32,000 nt of DNA, taken from assembly GCA_942493105.1 (NCBI GenBank), contig OW818668.1:480001-512000 (forward strand), written 5' to 3'. Shown here one piece after another: positions 25,389-32,000 of this stretch. The notes beneath the pieces were generated by a model. The model worked only from the letters and a program-made list of their open reading frames with translations, was not told where the DNA came from and did not search any database. Position numbers and translations under genes: made by a program. Source of the DNA: an uncultured Erysipelotrichaceae bacterium (GTDB lineage Bacteria > Bacillota_I > Bacilli_A > Erysipelotrichales > Erysipelotrichaceae). Positions within the stretch are counted from its first letter, which is position 1; each line of letters opens with the position of its first letter.

Positions 25389-26276
25389 TTAAACGTGTTG
25401 GAGAGCACTTAATACTTCATCCAGTGACGGGATGGAAAGACTGCCTCCGCGCCGTGTCACTGAGATACTTGAAGCCATGGAAGCTAAACGTAAACCTTCT
25501 CTTAAACTCAAATTATGAACTAAGGCATAAACGAAAGCCCCATGGAAGATATCACCAGCCCCATTGGTATCAATGGCTTTGGCAGGAAAGGCACTGAGAT
25601 GATGGATCTTGCCTTCTTCTTCATAGAGACACCCTCTTTCACCTAAGGTGACGATAGGATGAGGATTGAGTTCATGGAGTCTTTCAAACATAGAGTTCCA
25701 GGTTTTTGGATCTTGAATATCGATCGTGACGCCTGAGTAACCACTCGCAAAGGTTTCAGATGAAACCAACCAGGTCACATGTTTTGCGACTTCAACGGTG
25801 TTAGGACGAAATCCACCCGCATCCAGTATAGAAATGGTTTTAGGATGTTGGGCTATAAAACGCAAGGTGATTTCGGGTTCATGAGCATCCGTCAGCATAA
25901 ACTTCACATCTTCTTCGATACTTAAGTCACTTGATGCAATGTTTCCCGGGCAATTAAAGATCGTTCTTTTCCCATTGGATTTATTGGTTAAAATGACGCT
26001 GATCGGGGTTGAGAATCCAACACAAGGTATATGGTTATGTTTAACCCCTGCTTTAAGCAATTTGCCTGCGATGTGATGACCATAAAGATCATCTCCCAAA
26101 CGAGAAAACAAACTGACATCTTCACCCCACAGACCTAAAAGAAGTGATGCGGTGGTCGCAGGTCCGCCCGCTGATTCAAGTTTATCGAAAACGCGAAATT
26201 TTTCGTTCTCAATAATATCTTGGTCTAAAGGTAAACTGATGTCTAAAGTGGATTGTCCGATACATAAGATGTTCAT
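25389..26276 (-). CDS. PfkB/ribokinase-family carbohydrate kinase (substrate unknown)
   Basis: N-terminal ILCIGQSTLD with GGPATTAS, and C-terminal PfkB signature DTNGAGDIFHGAF. The ATG at 26276 is preceded by AGGAG with a 6-nt spacer. The track start at 26294 is a TTG. Confidence 0.88.
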   Translation of the reverse strand: MNILCIGQSTLDISLPLDQDIIENEKFRVFDKLESAGGPATTASLLLGLWGEDVSLFSRLGDDLYGHHIAGKLLKAGVKHNHIPCVGFSTPISVILTNKSNGKRTIFNCPGNIASSDLSIEEDVKFMLTDAHEPEITLRFIAQHPKTISILDAGGFRPNTVEVAKHVTWLVSSETFASGYSGVTIDIQDPKTWNSMFERLHELNPHPIVTLGERGCLYEEEGKIHHLSAFPAKAIDTNGAGDIFHGAFVYALVHNLSLREGLRLASMASSISVTRRGGSLSIPSLDEVLSALQHV

Positions 26277-26431
26277 AAAGTTCTCCTGATTCAATCATTG
26301 TTTATTGACTGCTAGGGTTGTTTCAATAAATCCATGATATATATCATATTATCATTTATCTAATCCAATAAGAATTTTCACTATGTAAATATTTCTAAGA
26401 TACTATTGAAATGTTATGTCCATCGATCCTA

Positions 26432-26677
26432 TTATTCAGCGAGATATACCATCTTCAAGCGGTTCATTGTTTCTTGGATCGATGTGTTTTCTATTCCGAG
26501 TTCATTTAACTTTTCATCATGATCCATGCAATTTTCTATAAAAAATACAACGTCATCTTTAATCAGAACAGGGACATCCTTTAAAGATTTGGCGGTCAAA
26601 AGTTGAACAAGTAAGTACACATCATTTTTATGCTTTTGAATATCGCCTTCCCTAATTTTAAGCCCTAATGCCTTCAT
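26432..26677 (-). CDS. C-terminal fragment of the interrupted nucleotidyltransferase (as called in the ORF track; the frame is open back to 26719)
   Basis: 81 aa with no recognisable RBS upstream of its ATG. It is in the same frame as the 26720-27190 ORF, separated only by one TGA plus 14 sense codons (LIPLKIRAWIDLSK). Confidence 0.5.
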   Translation of the reverse strand: MKALGLKIREGDIQKHKNDVYLLVQLLTAKSLKDVPVLIKDDVVFFIENCMDHDEKLNELGIENTSIQETMNRLKMVYLAE

Positions 26678-26719
26678 TTTGGACAGGTCAATCCACGCTC
26701 TGATTTTAAGGGGGATAAG

Positions 26720-27190
26720 TCAAATCGCATCCGCAACCGGTAATCCTTCAATAATCATCGTGTTGTTTCTCAAAAAAGTATAAAGTTCGATGTTCATAAC
26801 GATCGCTGAAAGACTAATTATCTCTTCTTCGATGCTCATTCTCGTAATACTTCCTGGATGAAGATACTCAAAAGAATCATTGACCTTAGAAAGGATTTCT
26901 ATCATATAGGGATAGTCTGGATTTTGTGGTTTTGCGAATCGATAGAAACATGGTTTACCATCAGATTTTTGACTTATCTTGTATTCACCATCTCTTATGA
27001 ATTGATGAAAGGCTATCGTAAATTCATGACTTAGTGTCTCGACGATCAAGACAATGTCTAAATCTTTTGTAGGACGAAAAGGTAATCCCACTTTGTTCAT
27101 GACGACCCAACATGCACTTCCTCCAATCAATACATACTGATCTTTAAATCTCTCAAATCGCATTCTGAAGAGGTCAAGCCCCTTAATCAT
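26720..27190 (-). CDS. N-terminal fragment of a pol-beta-superfamily nucleotidyltransferase, AbiEii/AbiGii-like by motif pattern
   Basis: 156 aa. YVLIGGSACWVVMNKVGLPFRPTKDLDIVL fits the hG[GS]...DxD minimal NTase motif in the spacing seen in the AbiEii (DUF1814) family. 8-nt overlap with the upstream HTH gene suggests translational coupling. Confidence 0.6.
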   Translation of the reverse strand: MIKGLDLFRMRFERFKDQYVLIGGSACWVVMNKVGLPFRPTKDLDIVLIVETLSHEFTIAFHQFIRDGEYKISQKSDGKPCFYRFAKPQNPDYPYMIEILSKVNDSFEYLHPGSITRMSIEEEIISLSAIVMNIELYTFLRNNTMIIEGLPVADAI

Positions 27191-28181
27191 ATCTACTTAG
27201 TTCTTGATCAAGTACATTTTCTAAAACCATTTTTATTCGTTCGTTTTTATGGTTCAGCATGGTTAAAACCAATGCAAACGGACTCACAATTCCGTTTTCA
27301 CTCGGCACAGGGATTGACCATATTTCCACAATGAGTGAGTCATTCTCAAGATGAGGAATTGTGGTAAATTCATGCTTGATATTATTCCAATCTGAAACGT
27401 AAATTGCATACGATTCATTGAGTGGATCAGCCATTTCGCTTAATTCTTGTAGTGCACTTTCAGAAGTCTTAAAAAACACCAAGTTACTTAAAACAGGGTG
27501 ATTTGAGCCATCAATGTAAATGAGCCGTTTAATCGGATTTTTGAATTTTGCACAGTTGTCTTTGAAAGTAGTTCTCCAGTTCTCAGGCAGAGTCATTTTT
27601 TTACTATTATCAGACTTAATGATTATTTTTTCTCGCATCAATTCTTTATACGCACGATGTAGTGTCATTCTTGAAATTCTTAATTGATTCGCAATATCAT
27701 TCTGCTTAGAAGTAAAGCCACTCTTTATCAAAAAAAGATAAACTAAAAATGTAGAAGGAGAGAGTTTGGTAGAACTAGTCGTATAGGATGGGATATTACT
27801 GATGTAAGCTTGTCTTGATCTATTGGAGTAAATAACTCCTAAGAAAGGAGCAAACATTTGCTTGCCTGAAATGATGAATGCAATTTTGTATTCAATGAGT
27901 CTTTTGTTAATGTAAGGTGATGATTTTGATAATATAAAGATAATTTTATAATCGTTGTGCAAAGTTGTTTCTAGATTTCTATAGGTATTGAACAATTTTG
28001 AAAAAGTTACTGGTCCTATAGGAATAACAGCTAGAATGAATCCAAGATCTGTGCTAGCACTATAAAAATTAAAATTTGATGTTATGAACAATGGCATTGG
28101 TGGTACAGAATCCCATGGCTCAAAATGCATCTCTAATCCAGAGTAGTCATAGATATATTTCTGTGCATTTTGGATTTCCAT
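27183..28181 (-). CDS. HTH-containing protein: unknown N-terminal domain (~150 aa) + winged-HTH + C-terminal domain; putative AbiEi-like antitoxin/regulator
   Basis: 332 aa from the ATG at 28181 (RBS AAGGTGA, 6-nt spacer; the track start at 28184 is a GTG). Central HTH is SKQNDIANQLRISRMTLHRAYKELMREKII. The C-terminal segment (SESALQEL...VSPFALVLTML) is AbiEi-C-like by pattern only. Confidence 0.6.
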   Translation of the reverse strand: MEIQNAQKYIYDYSGLEMHFEPWDSVPPMPLFITSNFNFYSASTDLGFILAVIPIGPVTFSKLFNTYRNLETTLHNDYKIIFILSKSSPYINKRLIEYKIAFIISGKQMFAPFLGVIYSNRSRQAYISNIPSYTTSSTKLSPSTFLVYLFLIKSGFTSKQNDIANQLRISRMTLHRAYKELMREKIIIKSDNSKKMTLPENWRTTFKDNCAKFKNPIKRLIYIDGSNHPVLSNLVFFKTSESALQELSEMADPLNESYAIYVSDWNNIKHEFTTIPHLENDSLIVEIWSIPVPSENGIVSPFALVLTMLNHKNERIKMVLENVLDQELSRYD

Positions 28182-28229
28182 CACTTTTCACCTTGCTTAT
28201 CTGGTGAAAGTGTATCATATTTTATTATT

Positions 28230-28272
28230 TGTAACAACACACTATGTTACATATAATTTATACTGTTACATA
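28230..28272. promoter_or_regulatory. Operator-like repeat set in the promoter region of the HTH/NTase module
   Basis: Inverted repeat TGTAACA (28230-28236) - N8 - TGTTACA (28245-28251). TGTTACATA is also repeated directly at 28245-28253 and 28264-28272, a 19-bp period. Confidence 0.5.
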
Positions 28273-28292
28273 CTACAATAATAATGTATCAA

Positions 28293-30266
28293 TTAAAGTT
28301 GAGATTTCAATTCAAGTAAGATGTCTCTGAGTTCAGCGGCACGTTCAAAGTCTAGGACTTTGGCCGCATCTTTCATTTCTCTCTCTAAATTTTCAATCAA
28401 ACGTAATTTTTCACCCTTGCTTGTTTTTTCGTGTTTGCCTAGATATTCTTTCGCCATGGCTTTGGTTTCTTTGCCTCGTATGACGTCGTGGATTTCTTTT
28501 TTGATGGTGGTAGGGGTGATGTTGTTGGCTGTGTTATGGGCGATCTGAATGTCACGACGACGTTGTGTTTCTCCGATTGCTTTTTCCATAGAGTCGGTTA
28601 TGCGATCCGCATACAGGATAACTTTTCCGTTTGAATTACGGGCAGCACGTCCAATCGTCTGAATCAAAGAACGATGTGATCTTAAGAATCCTTCTTTATC
28701 CGCATCTAGGATACAAACCAAAGAAACTTCAGGAAGATCTAATCCTTCACGAAGTAAGTTGATCCCAACTAAGACATTGTATTTACCTTTACGTAAATCA
28801 TGCAGGATTTCAATGCGTTCTAACGTTAAGGTTTCATGATGAAGGTAAGCCACTTTTAAATCCAATCGTTTTAGATATGAGGTCAGTTCTTCTGCCATTT
28901 TAACAGTTAAAGTGGTGATGAGAACACGTTCGTCACGATCGATTCGCGCATGAACTTCAGAGATGATGTCGTCAATTTGACCGCGTGAAGGACGAATGAT
29001 GACTTCAGGATCGACAAGACCTGTCGGTCTGATGATTTGTTGAACGACATCGCCTTGGGTCAGAGCCAACTCATAATCGCCTGGTGTAGCTGAAACGAAG
29101 ATGACTTGGTTGATGATTTCTTCAAATTCGCTGAATCTTAAAGGGCGATTATCAAGGGCTGAAGGTAATCTGAAACCATATTCAACCAAGGTCGTTTTTC
29201 GTGAACGATCACCGTTATACATGCCTCGTACTTGTGGTACAGAAACATGCGATTCATCGATGACCAATAAATAATCATCTGGGAAGTAATCAAACAAGTT
29301 AAAAGAACGTTGGCCTTCTTTACGTCCATCAATGTGTCGTGAATAATTTTCAATACCTGGACACATCCCAAATTCACGTAAAGCTTCTAGGTCATATAAA
29401 GTTCTTTGTTTAAGACGCTGTTCCTCCAAAAGCTTATTTTCGTTATGTAAAACTTCAAGTCTTTCTTTGAGTTCTTCTTCGATGCGATCACAAGCTTCCA
29501 GCATTTGTTCTCTGGAGCGTGCATATTCGTTGGCTGGAAAAATGTTGTATACAGAATAAGCATTTTGGATCTTACCTGTGACTCGATCGACTTCGGTGAT
29601 GCGTTCGATCTCATCCCCAAACATTTCGATGCGTAGATTGAATTGGTCCGTAAACCCTAATGAAATCTCGATGACGTCCCCATGGACTCTAAAAGTCCCT
29701 CGTTTTGGATCGATGTCATTACGCATGTATTGACGATCGACGAGTTTACGTAAGAGTTCTGCTCTTTTGATGTTTTCGTGAACTTTGATGGTGAAAAAGA
29801 GCTGACGGTAAAGTTCAGGATCAGATGATGCATAAATACAGGCTACAGAGGCTACGATGATGGTGTCTCGTCTTTCCAAGACTGCATTGAGGGCACTCAT
29901 TCTAAGCATGTCAAGTTCTTCATTGATCATGGATGCTTTTTCGATATACAGATCTCGTGTTGGTAAGTAAGCTTCAGGCTGATAATAATCAAAATTAGAA
30001 ACAAAATATTCTACTCTGTTTTCTGGAAAGAGTTCTTTGAATTCAGAATAAAGCTGACCGGCTAAGGTCTTATTATGGACAAAAACCAAAGTCGGACGAT
30101 TGACTCTTTCGATGACCTTAGAAATGGTAAAAGTCTTACCTGTGCCGGTAGCACCCAGTAAGACTTGAGCTCGCTTTTGCTGGTTCAACCCTTCCACCAA
30201 AGCTTCTATGGCTTTGGGTTGATCGCCTGTGGGGCTGTAAGGTGAAACCAGCTTAAATTCATTCAT
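28293..30266 (-). CDS. uvrB: Excinuclease ABC subunit B
   Basis: 657 aa. Walker [14 protein letters not shown] box (VIDESHV), helicase motif VI (QTIGRAARN) and C-terminal UVR domain ([11 protein letters not shown]). 8-nt overlap with the ctpA stop. Confidence 0.97.
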   Translation of the reverse strand: MNEFKLVSPYSPTGDQPKAIEALVEGLNQQKRAQVLLGATGTGKTFTISKVIERVNRPTLVFVHNKTLAGQLYSEFKELFPENRVEYFVSNFDYYQPEAYLPTRDLYIEKASMINEELDMLRMSALNAVLERRDTIIVASVACIYASSDPELYRQLFFTIKVHENIKRAELLRKLVDRQYMRNDIDPKRGTFRVHGDVIEISLGFTDQFNLRIEMFGDEIERITEVDRVTGKIQNAYSVYNIFPANEYARSREQMLEACDRIEEELKERLEVLHNENKLLEEQRLKQRTLYDLEALREFGMCPGIENYSRHIDGRKEGQRSFNLFDYFPDDYLLVIDESHVSVPQVRGMYNGDRSRKTTLVEYGFRLPSALDNRPLRFSEFEEIINQVIFVSATPGDYELALTQGDVVQQIIRPTGLVDPEVIIRPSRGQIDDIISEVHARIDRDERVLITTLTVKMAEELTSYLKRLDLKVAYLHHETLTLERIEILHDLRKGKYNVLVGINLLREGLDLPEVSLVCILDADKEGFLRSHRSLIQTIGRAARNSNGKVILYADRITDSMEKAIGETQRRRDIQIAHNTANNITPTTIKKEIHDVIRGKETKAMAKEYLGKHEKTSKGEKLRLIENLEREMKDAAKVLDFERAAELRDILLELKSQL

Positions 30267-31734
30267 TCATGATCTCCAAGGCTTTGATCATTTGCAGATC
30301 TTTAACATCTTTATTGAAATGCCAAGTCTTGATCATGGTGGACTGCAGAGAAGCTAAGACTTCTTTGGTTAAGATGCCATCAACACTAAAGCCCATATCC
30401 GTCTTGTATTGATTTAGAGCAGTTTGGGTTTGAACTGAGAAATAACCATCTGTTCGATCAACGGCATATCCAATGAAATCTAAACATAACTGAGCATCTT
30501 TTGTTGCTTCAGATACGGAATCTAAGGCAAAGGTTTCATTGCCTTCAAATTCATAGAAACTTGTGGTCAAGACAGGATGAAGTGATATATCGAAATCAGG
30601 GATGACACCGATCCCATGGATCGATTTTCCACTAGGGCTTAGCCAAGCGGCTTGGGTATACTTTAAAGCAGATCCATCTGAGAATTGGGCCATGGTTTGA
30701 ACCAAGCCTTTCCCATAAGTGGTCTTACCGATCACAATGGCTCCTGCTGATTCTTGTAGGGCAGCGGCTAAGACTTCTGAAGCTGAGGCTGAATTATTAT
30801 TGACGAGAATGATGACCTTATCGTAGGTATCAATGATGGTTCCTCTTGATTTGTCTAAGCTAATGTCTCCATCAACATCTTTCTGTTGAAGGATGACTGA
30901 ATTGGCAGGTAAGAAATAACTGGCAATCCCCACAAGTGCAGTTAAGGATCCACCACCATTGTCTCTTAAATCGATGATGATCTTTTTGATGCCTTTAGCT
31001 TTGAAGTCTCTTAGATAGGCTTGGAATTCAGCACTGCTGGTTTCCCCAAAACTAGCCAATTCGATATAACCGATTTTATCTTCGATGGTTTTACCAAAAG
31101 CTGTATTACTGATTTTTCCACGAGTAATTTCTTTAGTGACTTCTTGATTGTCTCTAAGAAAGACAATGGTGACTTTAGAGCCTGCTTCACCTTTAACTAA
31201 GGCAACGAGTTCATCTGATGTTTTACCTGTTACAGTGACTCCGTTGACTTTATAGATGATGTCTCCAGATTGAACATCGGCTTTGAAAGCAGGTGAATTG
31301 ACAAAGACCCGATCGACGATATATGAACCATTGTTTTCAAAGAAACTGACACCTATGCCTTCATAACCCAAATTGATCGAATTACTGAATTCTTCAAGTT
31401 CTTCTTTGGTGAAATAGGTGGTATATTTATCGCCAAGTTCATTGAGCATGCCTTTGATGGCATCATTGATCATGTCGCTTTCTAGATCATTGTGTTCATT
31501 TCCAAAATACCAGTTGGTTTCCAACACATCCATGATTTGTTGAAGACGAACCATTTTGTTGTCTAACACAACAGGTTTAGGTGCAAAAGCACTTGATAAT
31601 ACAAAACCAAAGACAAAAGACATCACTATTGCAGAGATGATTAATGCTGATTTAGCTCGCTTAGCTCGTCTGGCTCTGATTTCATCTGGCCAGAGATATT
31701 TCTTTAAGCGAATACGTGATTTGTTATCTTCCAT
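30259..31734 (-). CDS. ctpA: S41 family C-terminal processing peptidase with PDZ domain and C-terminal peptidoglycan-binding domain
   Basis: N-terminal TM anchor. PDZ region ([21 protein letters not shown]). S41 catalytic region ([11 protein letters not shown]...[16 protein letters not shown]...GKTTYGKG). PG_binding_1-like tail ([27 protein letters not shown]). The ATG at 31734 is preceded by GAGGTG; the track start at 31746 is a TTG. Confidence 0.9.
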   Translation of the reverse strand: MEDNKSRIRLKKYLWPDEIRARRAKRAKSALIISAIVMSFVFGFVLSSAFAPKPVVLDNKMVRLQQIMDVLETNWYFGNEHNDLESDMINDAIKGMLNELGDKYTTYFTKEELEEFSNSINLGYEGIGVSFFENNGSYIVDRVFVNSPAFKADVQSGDIIYKVNGVTVTGKTSDELVALVKGEAGSKVTIVFLRDNQEVTKEITRGKISNTAFGKTIEDKIGYIELASFGETSSAEFQAYLRDFKAKGIKKIIIDLRDNGGGSLTALVGIASYFLPANSVILQQKDVDGDISLDKSRGTIIDTYDKVIILVNNNSASASEVLAAALQESAGAIVIGKTTYGKGLVQTMAQFSDGSALKYTQAAWLSPSGKSIHGIGVIPDFDISLHPVLTTSFYEFEGNETFALDSVSEATKDAQLCLDFIGYAVDRTDGYFSVQTQTALNQYKTDMGFSVDGILTKEVLASLQSTMIKTWHFNKDVKDLQMIKALEIMNE

Positions 31735-31766
31735 AAGGCACCTCAATCTAACTTATTTTAACACAA

Positions 31767-31790
31767 AGCCAGTCACACGTGCGACTGGCT
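31767..31790 (-). terminator. Probable terminator between the M23 peptidase gene and ctpA
   Basis: AGCCAGTC (31767-31774) pairs with GACTGGCT (31783-31790), with an 8-nt loop. Followed on the minus strand by UUGUGUU, a modest U-tract. Confidence 0.5.
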
Positions 31791-31794
31791 GCTT

Positions 31795-32000
31795 TTAATA
31801 TGATTTACCGACTTGAACATTGAAGAAGGTAAGCGGATTTTCTCGACATGGTGGAGTGTGTCCATTATACTCACAGCGATAATTGAGCCCAGTTGAACCA
31901 TTACGGGTCCCAAAAGTCAGATCACCTTTCCATGCATTGGCATAATATCCAACTGTGTTGGTTCCTAAATAGATGATTTCAACATGGACATGAGGTCCAG
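31795..32000 (-). CDS. M23 family metallopeptidase, C-terminal part (gene runs off the right edge)
   Basis: Own minus-strand translation: GPHVHVEIIYLGTNTVGYYANAWKGDLTFGTRNGSTGLNYRCEYNGHTPPCRENPLTFFNVQVGKSY-stop. GPHVHVE is the HxH zinc motif (GPHLHFE type) of LytM/M23 peptidases. Confidence 0.7.
   Translation of the reverse strand, partial: GPHVHVEIIYLGTNTVGYYANAWKGDLTFGTRNGSTGLNYRCEYNGHTPPCRENPLTFFNVQVGKSY

Larger units (their letters stand above)
26432..27190 (-). pseudogene. Single ~252-codon AbiEii-like nucleotidyltransferase reading frame interrupted by one in-frame TGA (26720-26722)
   Basis: Own translation across the junction gives ...GLPVADAI-TGA-LIPLKIRAWIDLSKMKALGL.... The combined length (156+1+14+81 codons) fits full-length AbiEii-type proteins. 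The downstream part carries a K..A...-then-KxxD.Y.L pattern (KIRAWIDL...KHKNDVYLL). Confidence 0.55.

Noticed and set aside
26334-26347. Perfect 14-bp palindrome ATGATATATATCAT upstream of the PfkB kinase gene
   Set aside because: It is real, but it is essentially a (TA)n-centred low-complexity palindrome in a very AT-rich spacer. A regulatory role cannot be argued from the sequence alone.
26720-26722. The in-frame TGA could be a Trp codon (genetic code 4, Mollicutes-like) or a selenocysteine codon
   Set aside because: Every other long ORF in the window is intact under the standard code, with TGG for Trp. TGA terminates several well-defined genes (rapZ, yvcK, LCP, two GT2 genes, the phosphoglycosyl transferase, ctpA). 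I could not see a convincing SECIS-type hairpin at the expected distance downstream, and an NTase has no reason to use Sec.
26379-28250. Possible att-like direct repeats flanking the HTH/NTase module (CACTATGT at 26379 and at 28240)
   Set aside because: This is only an 8-nt match between two ~130-nt AT-rich spacers, which is well within chance expectation. No integrase or recombinase is nearby.
1-32000. Search for tRNA/rRNA genes, CRISPR arrays, IS elements, integrases, riboswitch or T-box leaders
   Set aside because: Intergenic spacers are short (mostly under 200 nt) and contain only promoters, terminators and the repeats reported above. No periodic repeat-spacer structure, cloverleaf-like sequence or transposase-like ORF was seen.

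Overview
Low-GC Bacillota (Firmicutes)-type chromosomal segment. It uses the standard genetic code: long ORFs are uninterrupted, Trp is TGG, and TGA is used repeatedly as a real stop. Peptidoglycan-associated functions are present (LCP ligase, S41 protease with a PG-binding domain, M23 peptidase). All genes but one lie on the minus strand.

Read in the minus-strand direction, the window has a housekeeping backbone whose order matches the well-known Bacillus subtilis arrangement: M23 peptidase, ctpA, uvrB, uvrA, hprK, lgt(+ppaX-like HAD), trxB, rapZ(yvcJ), yvcK, whiA. After that come a tightly coupled 6-gene cell-envelope glycopolymer operon (LCP, CapD, phosphoglycosyl transferase, 3x GT2), a cell-anchored type I pullulanase with a cre site, a DUF2202 protein and a partial cysQ.

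Two visibly AT-richer insertions interrupt the backbone:
- Between trxB and rapZ: a mannose-family PTS + nanE + RpiR sugar island (about 13.9-19.1 kb).
- Between uvrB and uvrA: a PfkB kinase plus a two-gene module (about 26.4-28.3 kb). The module is an HTH protein with an unexplained N-terminal domain, overlapping a pol-beta-type nucleotidyltransferase. By motif pattern it resembles AbiEi/AbiEii (type IV toxin-antitoxin / abortive infection).

The nucleotidyltransferase reading frame is cut by a single in-frame TGA and continues in the same frame. The module's promoter region carries TGTAACA/TGTTACA operator-like repeats. This module is the best candidate for a novel or atypical system in the window.

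No rRNA, tRNA, CRISPR array, transposase or integrase was seen. All family assignments come from motif recognition by eye; no database search was possible.
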